Assembly (NCBI GenBank): GCA_032718475.1
Contig: JAUCBJ010007116.1
Span: forward strand, 1 to 64,000
Source: Nemertoderma westbladi
Taxonomy: Eukaryota; Animalia; Xenacoelomorpha
Reading direction: 5' to 3'
DNA: 64,000 nt
Shown here: positions 23,428 through 35,600 of the stretch, piece by piece
Numbering within the stretch: the first letter of the stretch is position 1
Layout of the letters: each line of letters starts with the position of its first letter
Translations under genes and position numbers: made by a program
The notes under the pieces: generated by a model
What the model saw: only the letters and a program-made list of their open reading frames with translations
What the model was told of the DNA's origin: nothing
The model's database searches: none

Positions 23428-26400
23428 TACTACTACTAGGATCGGCATGCTGCATTGCAGCTGCATTTTTAAGAATGCTGTGCCGGCTTGTCAACAAAAT
23501 TGCACCGCCACAACTCCCTATCACCCATGACATTTGCTACATCATCCGCATCTTTAAGGCCAGTGTCCTTTAAGATGCGTCTCAAGAAAGTCATGGGCTG
23601 TCCACCATGCTTATTCACTCCATGAGGCTGCCAAAGTACAAGATTATGCACTGGCTGGTCCTCACGGCGAAAGCAATGTCCTGCAAAGCGGAGGCGATTT
23701 TGTTCTAGTGTCAAGCTTGGGGGAACCAATGAAACACCTCCAATGTTATATAGTGTCTGGTTGGAGATGTGTGCATTGTACTTGACACAATGTACCCGGC
23801 GTAGCATTCTTGTGAATGTTCCATCCAGAGATTTGGTGTCCTCAGCAGTTAGAGCCCAGCATGGACTCCCGTAGAGGAGTACTGGAACTACTGCTGCTCT
23901 AAATAATCGGACCTTAAGTTTCCGATTAATTCTAGGTGACTTCCAAATCCTGGAAACCCTATTCAAGGCTGCCCATGCCTTTCCCTTACGTATTCGAAGG
24001 TCCTCACTTGACTTCCGGATCCATGATCCCAGGTAACAGAAGTCGTCCACATGCTCAAGCATACCATCCTTTGAGCTTATGCTCATCCGATCAGAGACTT
24101 GCTGAGGACTTTCAAAGTTAACTGTCAGAATTTTGGTCTTTCTGGAGTTAATAAAAAGACCAACACTAGAAGCAGCATGTTCTAATGAGCTGAGGAGCCG
24201 CTGGGCTCCCTCTAATGATTCTGAGAGTACTCCTAAGTCATCAGCAAAGTCTAGATCAGTTAGGTACTTGGCAGGATTTCCTCGACTTCTGGAGCCAGTA
24301 GGTGGAGTTATCATCACCCCATCATCATTGTGATGATCTAAGGACATGCGTAGAACATAGTCAACCACAATAATGAACAAGAATGGTGCAAGTGTGTCTC
24401 CTTGGAGGACGCCCCATAACACTTCAAATGGTTCTGTGTCACCGTCAACAGTAGACACAAATGTTGTCGAACCATCGTATACTGATCTGATTGCTGCAAT
24501 AATTTCATCAGGAATCCCATATAATGAAAGTATGCTGAACATACGTGAGCGAGAGACTGAATCAAAGGCCTTGAAAAAGTCAACAAAGATAACAGCCAGA
24601 TGCCTGTCTTTCTTTTTTGATAACTCTTCAATTATCCTTCTAAGTGCCAAAATGGGCTCCATGGTCCCACGACCTTTACGGAACCCATTCTGATTTCCAC
24701 GTAGCAGTCTCTCAATGGGATCCCTGATGCGATTTAATAGAATTCTATTGTATAGTTTTGCAGCAATCGAGATCAATGAGATTCCCCGAAAAGAACCATA
24801 GAGTGTTAGGTTGCCCTTCTTGGGAACTGGCACCAACTTATTTGTTTTCATTTCTTGTGGGACTCTTGTTGTACGGTACATGTCTACTATGATGGGATAG
24901 ATGAGCTTTAAACACTCAGGTATTTTAAAGACCTCAGGGGGAACACCATCTACTCCACTGGCACGATTGGTTTTAATGCTCTTTGCAGCAGCCTTCACTT
25001 CTGCAAAGGAGATATCGCCAATGGGAATATCTGGGAGTACAGACTCAGACACTTTTACTTCTATAAAGTTATCAGGCAATACCCTGTCATTATTGAGGAG
25101 CTTTTCAAAGTGGGCTTTCCAACCATTGAGGCGATCGGCTGGTGATTCAGCCTTAACCTTGGTGGTTGGTTGGCTTTTCCGCCCAGTAAGCAGATTGATC
25201 GATTTCCATGCCTGGGATGATTGCCTGCTGTCGTCAGCATCATTGATGGCATCAACCTGTTGGTTTATTAGCTCCTGTAGATTAACAGAGTACTGCCTGT
25301 TCAGGGACCTAGATGCAGCTTTAACTGCATTCTTGGCCGCAGTAGTCTGTTTGAGTCGGGACTCTTTCTGCGCCTTATGAAGGTCATTTCGGCACTTCTG
25401 AATTTTGTTGTCAGTCCAGGGGGCCCTTTTCCTGTTTCGAGGGTATACAGGAACTGTTTCTGCAGCTGCTAACTTAACTGCTTCTGTAAAGGCAGTATAG
25501 CCCTCACAGTGATCTGCCGCCTCAGAGGCAAGAGCCTCATACCTGTTGCTCAGCTGTAGTGTGAAGCTGGATCTCACACTTGGCTGTTGCAACAGAGAGG
25601 ACCAGTCATGCCGTGGCAAGGCAGATTTCGTTGTTCTGCTAGCACGCAGACTAAGTCTTACCTTGGCCACAATAAGGCGGTGATCACTGGAGAAGGGTCG
25701 AAGTGTAAATGCATTACAGTCTTGTATAGAGCTCCTGTATTTCCTACGAAACAGAATATGGTCTATCTGGGACTTGTGACCACTGGGTCCACTATGAGTC
25801 CATAGTTTTCCAGTTCGCTTCTTGAACTGGGTTCCAGCCGAAAACAATCCATTTCCAGAGATAAAATCCTGAAGATGGACAGAATTTCGGTTAACACTAT
25901 TGCTATAGACCCAGGGCGATGTAGGTGATTGATGCAGACTTGCATTAAAGTCTCCCAGGAATGTTAAGAATGCATGCTGATCCACTCCATCAGTTGCTGC
26001 TTGTAGATTGTGGTAGAAATTTTCCACCTCCTCTACAGGGGCAACACTAGTTGGAGAGTAGCACACAATCAGAACCACCTTAGGAAACTTCTTAGCCAGT
26101 CTTCCAGAACATGAGAAGTGGCAACGGATGATGCGGTTAGAGATTTGGTCTATTTTGTCCAATGCTGCATGTGCAGTTGGATTCATCAATAGACCAATTC
26201 CACCATTGCCACTATCATCTGCTGACGCGAGGGCGAGTCGCCAACCGCCCCCCATGTCCTTAATCAGAACCTCATCAGTCTGTCCAGTCTGCATTCGGTG
26301 CTCTTGAACACCCACTGCGCTAAGAGAAAGCTTATCTGCCAAGGCAGTCAGCTCACCTTGTCGCATTGGGGACCCGAGTGTTAGGGTGTTTACTGAGGCT

Positions 26401-27185
26401 AGTCTAGTGACTTGCCTCAGATTCACCAATGGCTTTGTTGGTCGGGGTGGAACATGAGAGTAGCCTCCAACTCCAGAATCCCTCTCCCCATCACAATCTG
26501 GCCTCCCTGGTGACCCAGGGTTTGGGCCAGAAAGGTCATCAGGAAAGGGACTCAAAGAATTGTTGGCTGCTCTCTCTCCAGTAGGGGGTGAGACAGGCAG
26601 CCGGTCAGGAGTTAACTGACGCCTGTGAGGCCGATTGTGTCCGGTAATTCCACTGGCCTCTAGTGGCCGGACCTCCGCATTGCTAATGTAATCCATAGTG
26701 GGGGTTGGGGGGTGCTTTTTTGCCGAGTCAGCTCTCGGGGCAAATACCACACCCTGGTTTGCCATTCCACAGGGTGGGTGTCGCAATGGAGTCAGATATG
26801 AGGCCCATCACCCATATCTACTCTGGCGTACATGACCCACCATTGGCTGTTGCAGCTCATCTGCTGGGTCATGCCCTGTACCCTTGCTGCCAGGTGCAGG
26901 TCGCAGTGAAGTGCCCTCAGAGTGGACATGAGAACACTCTACTCCTAACCAGCCATTGGTAGATCACCATCTGCCTGGTCAGGCCATATACCCCTGCAGC
27001 CAAGTATATGGGTCCTTAATCCAGGACCAAGGGCGTCCTTATCCCAGAACGAAGGGGGTCCTAGTTACAGGACCAGATTTGCCCTAGTAAGAGGGTCTAT
27101 GCAGCTACAGGTGGCACCTCCTTTATGCTGCATGGAGGTGGCAAGTTTTCTTGATCAATGACCTAGAATACCTGACCTGACCTGA
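23428..27185 (-). mobile_element. Full-length RTE-type LINE
   Basis: Single intact APE-RT ORF, short 3' UTR with (TAG)n tail, ~400-nt structured 5' UTR preceded by (TCAGG)3. No clear TSD; the 5' end is approximate. Confidence 0.9.
23469..26786 (-). CDS. LINE ORF: apurinic endonuclease + reverse transcriptase
   Basis: APE motifs (SVNTLTL, GVQEHR, LGDFNA, QIDHIL, SDHRL) and RT motifs (QNGFRKGR, VDFFKAFDS, GVLQGDTLAP, DFADD, YLGS). The track start is TTG; the first ATG is at 26765. Confidence 0.95.
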   Translation of the reverse strand: MRHPPCGMANQGVVFAPRADSAKKHPPTPTMDYISNAEVRPLEASGITGHNRPHRRQLTPDRLPVSPPTGERAANNSLSPFPDDLSGPNPGSPGRPDCDGERDSGVGGYSHVPPRPTKPLVNLRQVTRLASVNTLTLGSPMRQGELTALADKLSLSAVGVQEHRMQTGQTDEVLIKDMGGGWRLALASADDSGNGGIGLLMNPTAHAALDKIDQISNRIIRCHFSCSGRLAKKFPKVVLIVCYSPTSVAPVEEVENFYHNLQAATDGVDQHAFLTFLGDFNASLHQSPTSPWVYSNSVNRNSVHLQDFISGNGLFSAGTQFKKRTGKLWTHSGPSGHKSQIDHILFRRKYRSSIQDCNAFTLRPFSSDHRLIVAKVRLSLRASRTTKSALPRHDWSSLLQQPSVRSSFTLQLSNRYEALASEAADHCEGYTAFTEAVKLAAAETVPVYPRNRKRAPWTDNKIQKCRNDLHKAQKESRLKQTTAAKNAVKAASRSLNRQYSVNLQELINQQVDAINDADDSRQSSQAWKSINLLTGRKSQPTTKVKAESPADRLNGWKAHFEKLLNNDRVLPDNFIEVKVSESVLPDIPIGDISFAEVKAAAKSIKTNRASGVDGVPPEVFKIPECLKLIYPIIVDMYRTTRVPQEMKTNKLVPVPKKGNLTLYGSFRGISLISIAAKLYNRILLNRIRDPIERLLRGNQNGFRKGRGTMEPILALRRIIEELSKKKDRHLAVIFVDFFKAFDSVSRSRMFSILSLYGIPDEIIAAIRSVYDGSTTFVSTVDGDTEPFEVLWGVLQGDTLAPFLFIIVVDYVLRMSLDHHNDDGVMITPPTGSRSRGNPAKYLTDLDFADDLGVLSESLEGAQRLLSSLEHAASSVGLFINSRKTKILTVNFESPQQVSDRMSISSKDGMLEHVDDFCYLGSWIRKSSEDLRIRKGKAWAALNRVSRIWKSPRINRKLKVRLFRAAVVPVLLYGSPCWALTAEDTKSLDGTFTRMLRRVHCVKYNAHISNQTLYNIGGVSLVPPSLTLEQNRLRFAGHCFRREDQPVHNLVLWQPHGVNKHGGQPMTFLRRILKDTGLKDADDVANVMGDRELWRCNFVDKPAQHS

Positions 27186-27288
27186 GATACAACAGTAATT
27201 GCAGTCGCAAATCCGCCATGTTTATCAAACAGTTTCAGATAATTTTATTCGGACTTTGGATAAAGTAATACAGTAGGCCGGCCTGGAC

Positions 27289-27296
27289 TATATAAG
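27289..27296 (+). promoter_or_regulatory. Candidate TATA box of the small secreted gene
   Basis: TATATAA ~150 bp upstream of the ORF. Confidence 0.3.
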
Positions 27297-27442
27297 GGTA
27301 AAAAATATGAACATACTGAATGTGCATATTTCTACAATTTGAATTATTGTTAAGGAATTGTTATTTTACCAATAAATTATTACCATTACGTTATAATCAA
27401 TAACTATTACTGTATTTGGACGTTTTCTAACCTGCTCATTAT

Positions 27443-27697
27443 ATGAATAATAAACATACAATGTTTATCTACAGTTATGCGCTAATCATTTCTATTGTTT
27501 TAGCTACAGCAGCTAAATATGTTGCTATAGAGACCTGTCCGGATGGTCAACCGATGGTCCGATGCTTCGCGGATCCGTGCCAGGTCGCAACCTGTGTCGC
27601 CTACCCTGACGCCACATGTGAATCCAACTATTGTGGGGGTTGTAATGCCATATTCTACGACCGTGGAAAAAAGATTGACGATGAAGATTGCCATTAA
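27443..27697 (+). CDS. Small secreted cysteine-rich protein
   Basis: Signal-peptide-like MFIYSYALIISIVLATAA, then an 8-Cys module CP...VRCFADPCQVATC..YPDATCESNYCGGCNAIF...DC; AATAAA just after the stop. Confidence 0.8.
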   Translation: MNNKHTMFIYSYALIISIVLATAAKYVAIETCPDGQPMVRCFADPCQVATCVAYPDATCESNYCGGCNAIFYDRGKKIDDEDCH

Positions 27698-27949
27698 ATG
27701 GAAATAAACCTCATGTTTCCCAATCTTTCTAGCGATGTTGTTATTAACTTACATTATGTGTTATTTATGCAGGAAAATAAATAACCTGGGAAAAGGTGGT
27801 GGTTGATAAAGACTTGTAACTAACTAGGGCTCACTTTTAGATATTACAAGTATTATAATCTAAGGCAACAGCACGAAGTTTTTTAAACGACTCTCTCGTG
27901 TCAAATACTAAAAACTTTATTGTTAGCAGTTAGCAAGCGCTTGAGCGTT

Positions 27950-28190
27950 GGGTAGAGACGGCGGGGCCCAGTGCGGTGAGCGCCGGGTCTGCAATCTACT
28001 GGTTGTAGGTTTAGCCCACCAGGGTCCCATCAGCCTTTCATCCATATCCTCTGGGGTCCATAAAATGAGTACCAGTTTAATTACTGGGTGCAAATCCTGG
28101 GATAGGAGTAGATCGCACCCCTACCTTCGGGTAGCACCTAATGAAAGTGGAGCCTTCGTCTCCGGCCACGGCCGACTGCTTGTTTTTGCT
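27950..28190 (+). mobile_element. tRNA-derived SINE
   Basis: Degenerate A/B-box head (ggcccagtgcggtgag...gtaggtttagccc) and central cagcctttcatcc...ggggtccataaaatgagtaccag, which from memory resembles a conserved animal SINE core (MetaSINE-type). Confidence 0.7.
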
Positions 28191-28270
28191 CTATTTGAGG
28201 CCACCGGTACGTCTTAGAGTTCCTAAAATGGAAATATTTAATTCAAAGTATATTTATTTAAACTAATTTG

Positions 28271-29522
28271 TTAACCCTATTAAACCCTATATTGACCCCA
28301 CAATGTGTTTTTTGTGATAACTCTGAAACAAACGCAGTTGGGAATTTGAAATTTTATGACATTTCCTAAAAATGAGAACTTTTCGTGTTATAGCACCATT
28401 TTTAACCACTACTTTTGGCACTATTTTTTAGACGTTTAGTGAAAATTTATTTTCATGAAATAGAGAATAATTTTGTAGCACTTCTATTTTTGACTTACAC
28501 CAGTTTTTGGCGTTCTTAATTTGATGGAGTATATACATACATATAAAATGTGCAAGAAATTTCAAACTTGTTTTTTCGGCGGATGCCAAATTATGGTGCT
28601 AGCACAACAATTTGAATATATGTCAAGTCAATATTGTAATGTGATTGTGTGAACCTTTTTTTCCACATTGATTTTGATGGAATATATACGAGTTGCACCA
28701 GACATGTCAAACTTGTATTTTTCGATCCTGGATGCAAAATTTTGAGCCAACACGAAATTGTCGAAAACTCATCCAATACTTCAATGGAATGTGCCAACTT
28801 ATTTATTTACCTCGCATTTTACAAGTGATTGATTGTGTCATCTTGTTACTTGCGTTAGATGGTTCTTTAAATTCAATGGAATAAGTAAAACTTTCATAAG
28901 AATTTCATAATTTCAAAATTGTGTTTTTTGCGTCATTTCGGGTTTTTGAGGGTACTGAAATATGAGTTGCATTGATGTGGAGCATTATAAATGTATTCCA
29001 GTTATAAGTAACCAGAAACCCTTTCAAAAAATAATTAGGTGAAAATTGTAACTTTCATATTTTTTGAAAATTGTTCAGTACTTGAAATTTTTGGTGCTAA
29101 AACCACCCCAGTAAATATTTTTGGAAATTTATTTTCTTCGTTGAGATCCAGAATAGTGAAATCTAAGTACAAACCCAAAATCAGACGTTTTCGATAAAAT
29201 TAGTACCGGTAGGGCTTTAGTATGTTCGGACTATATTTATTTTGGAGATCATAAATTTTGAGTGTAAAAATCAACAAACTGAGAAAAGGTTTGTTTTATA
29301 TAAGCTTGCACTGTACTGTGAGTCATTAATATCCGGCTATTAATAGGCCTACTGTTGTTCTTGTTTGCACAAAATATTATGTGCATATATTTGGATATTT
29401 TTGTTACCTGGGCTTAATTTTTTTCCTTTTTCGTATTTAATCGATGATATTAAAAAGACCCAAAATTTTTGATAGACTTGCAATAATTAAGTAGTAAAAT
29501 AGCCCGGGCCAGATAGGGTTAA
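28271..29522. mobile_element. piggyBac-like non-autonomous DNA element
   Basis: TTAA-CCCTAT (28271) ... ATAGGG-TTAA (29522); AT-rich non-coding interior. Confidence 0.6.
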
Positions 29523-31811
29523 ACGTACCGGTAACTCAGGATTACGGTAGTAACTGAATATGAATCTCTTAATTCCGCATAGTAGTAGTAGAGTAGAGTA
29601 ATATAAAGTATCAGTTCCTCACATCATTACACGACACTACAGTATATTCCAGGACATGGTGTAGTTAAGTAGTAGGCCTAGCCATTCATACTCCATTACA
29701 TATCAATAATATCAGTTAATAATAATTCCCATAAATAATATCAGTTCCTCATTATATTGAAGTCGTAATATTAATTTATCTCAGCAAATCTATTATGTAT
29801 CAATAACCTTTATCTATTAAATCTATGAAGCGACCTCTATTAAGGTGGCCCTGGCCCACGCATTGTCTTACTTGAGATCCTCCGAAAGGGCCGATATGTC
29901 GTCGGGGGATTCAGATACGAGTCCCGCTGGTTTAGGCAGGAGAATAAACCTAGCATGATGATTCTTAAAGAATAAGCCCCCCCCCCCCCCCCCCACCCAA
30001 GTCCAGCAGTAGCTTCATATCTACATCAGATAAAGAAACTAATTTTACTCTCCTTCATGAATTTCGATAGACGATGGACGGTATATTCCTTTTGCAGGCG
30101 GTCTGCGAGGAGTTTGAGGCATTTAGCACACTGAAGTCGGAACAGATTCCGGGTGAACCGTTTAACAGCATCTTTTAATAAAGAAGGCCGCTGGTTACTG
30201 AATATATCGCCCGTCGAAATGTACAAATGTTAGCTTGAGGCCCTAGTGGTGTCATCTGTTCTGTAGAAGAGCCCTGATGAGTCGAACTAAGTATGTGCCA
30301 CTGTAGCCTGTAGCCCGAGCGTCATTCGCTACACACAGCACAAAATCAAAATCCTTTCATTTCCTTCCTTTCGGGTTTGTTTTCAATTGTTTAAAATAAT
30401 TTTACTGGTTGTTAAAGCCAACAGTTAGGCCTAGTGCTTATAGATATTCTACAAACGATATTAGTTGATAGATTTATATTGATTATGAATAGGTTGATGT
30501 TGTACATATTATATTTCGATTAATATTTGAATAGGCCTACTTTATGAATTATGGACAAAGTGACATAGATTTGATTATTACTGTGAAATAATAATATTTA
30601 GTCAATAAACACAACTAAATATAATTAACTAAACTATAATTGGAGAACCTATAACGTTATATTTATGTCACCGACAATATACTATTTCATAGCATTTGAT
30701 TGTAATTGAAAATTAGGTGTGGGTTGCAAAAAATACATCCCTCCGATTGGCTCCACCCCTGGACACTACTACTTATTTACCCTACTGATATTATTGCTTT
30801 TATTATCACCATCCACCGCCCATAGATACGCTACGCCCTTGACCACATTGAAAAAAACAAAACATTAAATCCATAAAAATTTTATATAATAACTCATTGT
30901 ATTCCATTGCATTATTATTAACCGATTATATTGTAGTAAATCAGTAATATAAAATTGGACATCCTTAAAATACATGTGAGATTATTTTCAAGTGACGGTC
31001 AAATTTATAGCTTTTACCGTGTGCTACAGATACAGTAGCACTATTGTAGGCCTACATGTACATCTGCTATCTGACATGGAAAATAAGTAGCTTTTTTTCT
31101 TCAGGCCCTTGATGTCTAATTGACCTCACCCGGCATTTTATACATTTCGGGGTCGGTGGGAAAAAAGCCTATTTACTTTCCTTGTAATAAATAGTTATAA
31201 ATTTATAGACGAAAATAAAAAAACGGCACTTTATGGATAGGTAGACCGCAGCTAAAATCAGTAGAAAATAAAGTAAGTCTTTTCAAAACGTACAACAAAA
31301 TGTGTGTCCAAAAGGTTACACCAAAAACTGTATACTACATCTATACAAAAACTACAAAATATCAACATAAATTAACCAGAATACAAACTCTCCCATTCCG
31401 TTATAATTACCCTATTATCAATTTAATACTGAGTAATTTATAGAAACAAACTGGCTAAATGACAACTGAAAGTCACGCAGAGTCTATAAGGAAGAACCCG
31501 CTGTCGCCATAAAGGTTATGAAAACTACTTTTTTTTTGTATATTTTAATTAAAAATCATCTACTATAGTTTATACTTTTACTATGTCCTACCCGCTAGAC
31601 TCACAATAATTACCAACTGTATGTTACGTAGCACCAAATTAAGATAATATAATGGCCTCTAGTTTAGACTGTCGGTTAACACACAACATAAATAATGTAT
31701 ATACTAAAGGGAGAAAGGGAGGGGGGGGGGGGTCCAAATCCCATCTCAGCGAATTAATATTTCTCATCTTAAAGTAAAATTATCAATATAGGAAAGCGAG
31801 GACGGTTAAAA

Positions 31812-31882
31812 TGGCAGGACACGTTATAATGGCAGGACGCGGTATAATGGCAGGACGCGGTATAATGGCAGGACGCGGTATA
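31812..31882. repeat. 21-bp tandem repeat, ~3.5 copies
   Basis: taatggcaggacgcggta-containing unit downstream of the PY-motif gene stop. Confidence 0.85.
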
Positions 31883-32068
31883 AACTAAAGTTAATGTTTC
31901 CACATGTTTCAGTATAATTTTCCCCTGGAGATGTATGAATTTTAAGTGTCCATAATCCCACATCATCTGACTGCAGGATATACACGACCACGACTATAAT
32001 TTCAGGACGTGCAGAAGGTACTTTTGCTTTAAGTTTTACATCTCTCGCACGCTTCCTAGAACGCGGTC

Positions 32069-32307
32069 TCACACCTCGGTTTGTATCGGCTCGTCCTCTG
32101 CCAGACTTATAGTCTGCGTCTCCGCCTCGTATGGGGGTGGTGGTGAATCTTTCCTTGGAGTTGGTTTCCGTCCCCCCAGACGTTGTAGAGCCGTTATCTC
32201 GCTGATCACTTCCGCGTACGAAGGCGGATATAGAATGACGTCACATTGATTCCTATTGGTTGGATCTACGTCGATGGATTCTGCGGTGGAATGAAGGTCT
32301 GATGTGT
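32069..32307 (-). CDS. Last coding exon of an unnamed PPxY/PDZ-binding-motif protein
   Basis: Acceptor ttccttcccacccttccacag at 32308; encodes ...YPPSYAEVI...SPPPPYEAE...IQTEV-stop. Confidence 0.75.
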
Positions 32308-32520
32308 CTGTGGAAGGGTGGGAAGGAAATAATATCATTATTTCATTAAGTCTATTGTGATTAGTCAAAGATAACAGTCGACAGGAATATTTATTTTATT
32401 TATATAAGTAATACTGTCGTATTTAAAGTTGTAATGGACGATGTTACAGAAACTGACAAATGTAAAATGATAAAATACTATTAAATTGAAGGCCAACAAA
32501 GTAATAATAAATAACATTAC

Positions 32521-32654
32521 CTGCAATACTTATTTCACTTGTTTGTCTGTAATCCAGTTCGATATTGCTATGTATATCATCTGTATGTCCTGCTGTAGAA
32601 GCGGCACTGTAGTGATAATGATTGGCTCGGGCGTTATTAAGAATGTATCGCCTC
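32521..32654 (-). CDS. Penultimate coding exon of the same gene; its first ~35 nt are the last 48-bp repeat unit
   Basis: Acceptor ttattgttacag|G at 32655 and donor CAG|gtaatg at 32520. 134 nt = 1+44 codons+1 (RRYILNNARANHYHYSAASTAGHTDDIHSNIELDYRQTSEISIA). Phase 1 matches the next exon across a 213-bp intron. Confidence 0.7.
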
Positions 32655-35600
32655 CTGTAACAATAATGATTGGCTCGGGCGTTATTAAGAATGTAACGCC
32701 TCCTGTAACAATAATGATTGGCTGGGCGTTATTAAGAATGTATCGCCTCCTGTAACAATAATGATTGGCTCGGGCGTTATTAAGAATGTAACGCCTCCTG
32801 TAACAATAATGATTGGCTGGGCGTTATTAAGAATGTATCGCCTCCTGTAACAATAATGATTGGCTCGGGCGTTATTAAGAATGTATCGCCTCCTGTAACA
32901 ATAATGATTGGCTCGGGCGTTATTAAGAATGTATCTCCTCCTGTAACAATAATGATTGGCTCGGGCGTTATTAAGAATGTATCGCCTCCTGTAACGATAA
33001 TGAAAGGCTCGGGCGTTATTAAGAATGTATCGCCTCCTGTAACAATAATGATTGGCTCGGGCGTTATTAAGAATGTATCGCGTCCTGTAACGATAATGAA
33101 AGGCTCGGGCGTTATTAAGAATGTATCGCCTCCTGTAACAGTAATGATTGGCTCGGGCGTTATTAAGAATGTATCGCCTCCTGTAACAATAATGATTGGC
33201 TCGGGCGTTATTAAGAATGTATCGCCTCCTGTAACAATAATGATTGGCTCGGGCGTTATTAAGAATGTATCGCCTCCTGTAACAATAATGGTTGGCTCGG
33301 GCGTTATTAAGAATGTAACGCCTCCTGTAACAATAATGGTTGGCTCGGGCGTTATTAAGAATGTAACGCCTCATGTAACAATAATGATTGGCTCGGGCGT
33401 TATTAAGAATGTATCGCCTCCTGTAACGATAATGATTGGCTCGGGCCTTTTTTAAGAATGTATCGCCTCCTGTAACAATAATGATTGGCTCGGGCGTTAT
33501 TAAGAATGTATCGCCTCCTGTAACGATAATGATTGGCTTGGGCGTTATTAAGAATGTATCGCCTCCTGTAACAATAATGATTGGCTCGGGCGTTATTAAG
33601 AATGTATCGCCTCATGTAACAATAATGATTGGCTCGGGCGTTATTAAGAATGTAACGCCTCCTGTAACAGTAATGATTGGCTCGGGCGTTATTAAGAATG
33701 TATCGCCTCCTGTAACGATAATGATTGGCTCGGGCGTTATTAAGAATGTATCGCCTCCTGTAACAGTAATGACTGGCTCGGGCGTTATTAAGAATGTATC
33801 GCCTCCTGTAACAATAATGATTGGCTCGGGCGTTATTAAGAATGTATCGCCTCCTGTAACAATAATGATTGGCTCGGGCGTTATTAAGAATGTATCGCCT
33901 CCTGTAACAATAATGATTGGCTCGGGCGTTATTAAGAATGTATCGCCTCCTGTAACGATAATGATTGGCTCGGGCGTTATTAAGAATGTATCGCCTCCTG
34001 TAACAATAATGATTGGCTTGGGCGTTATTAAGAATGTATCGCCTCCTGTAACGATAATGATTGGCTCGGGCGTTATTAAGAATGTAACGCCTCCTGTAAC
34101 AATAATGGTTGGCTCGGGCGTTATTAAGAATGTATCGCCTCCTGTAACGATAATGATTGGCTCGAGCGTTATTAAGAATGTATCGCCTCCTGTAACAATA
34201 ATGATTGGCTCGGGCGTTATTAAGAATGTATCGCCTCCTGTAACGATAATGATTGGCTCGGGCGTTATTAAGAATGTATCGCCTCCTGTAACAATAATGA
34301 TTGGTTCGGGCGTTATTAAGAATGTATCGCCTCCTGTAACAATAATGATTGGCTCGGGCGTTATTAAGAATGTATCGCCTCCTGTAACGATAATGATTGG
34401 CTCGGGCGTTATTAAGAATGTATCGCCTCCTGTAACAATAATGATTGGCTCGGCCGTTATTAAGAATGTATCGCCTCCTGTAACAATAATGATTGGCTCG
34501 GGCGTTATTAAGAATGTATCGCCTCCTGTAACAATAATGATTGGCTCGGGCGTTATTAAGAATGTATCGCCTCCTGTAACGATAATGATTGGCTCGGGCG
34601 TTATTAAGAATGTATCGCCTCCTGTAACAATAATGATTGGCTCGGGCGTTATTAAGAATGTATCGCCTCCTGTAACAATAATGATTGGCTCGGGCGTTAT
34701 TAAGAATGTATCGCCTCCTGTAACAATAATGATTGGCTCGGGCGTTATTAAGAATGTAACGCCTCCTGTAACAATAATGAAGGGCTCGGGCGTTATTAAG
34801 AATGTATCGCCTCCTGTAACAGTAATGATTGGCTCGGGCGTTATTAAGAATGTATCGCCTCCTGTAACAATAATGATTGGCTCGGGCGTTATTAAGAATG
34901 TATCGCCTCCTGTAACAATAATGAAAGGCTCGGGCGTTATTAAGAATGTATCGCCTCCTGTAACAATAATGATTGGCTCGGGCGTTATTAAGAATGTATC
35001 GCCTCCTGTAACAATAATGATTGGCTCGGGCGTTATTAAGAATGTATCGCCTCCTGTAACAATAATGAAAGGCTCGGGCGTTATTAAGAATGTATCGCCT
35101 CCTGTAACGATAATGATTGGCTCGGGCGTTATTAAGAATGTATCGCCTCCTGTAACAATAATGATTGGCTCGGGCGTTATTAAGAATGTATCGCCTCCTG
35201 TAACAATAATGATTGGCTCGGGCGTTATTAAGAATGTATCGCCTCCTGTAACAATAATGATTTTCTCGGGCGTTATTAAGAATGTATCGCCTCCTGTAAC
35301 AATAATGATTGGCTCGGGCGTTATTAAGAATGTAACGCCTCCTGTAACAATAATGATTGGCTCGGGCGTTATTAAGAATGTATCGCCTCCTGTAACAATA
35401 ATGATTGGCTCGGGCGTTATTAAGAATGTAACACCTCCTGTAACAATAATGATTGGCTCGGGCGTTATTAAGAATGTATCGCCTCCTGTAACAATAATGA
35501 TTGGCTCGGGCGTTATTAAGAATGTATCGCCTCCTGTAACAATAATGATTGGCTCGGGCGTTATTAAGAATGTATCGCCTCCTGTAACAATAATGGTTGG

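Noticed and set aside
23410-27200. TSD for the full-length LINE (CTAGAAT on both sides)
   Set aside because: The short match is not adjacent to both element ends.
30272-30300. Hammerhead ribozyme core CTGATGAG (possible Penelope remnant)
   Set aside because: No downstream stem II closure or GAAA, and the upstream GTCGAAA does not pair properly; at most a truncated relic.
12067-31732. Poly-G/C runs (~12067, 16219, 29976, 31721)
   Set aside because: Simple homopolymers with no shared flanks; lengths are unreliable in assemblies.
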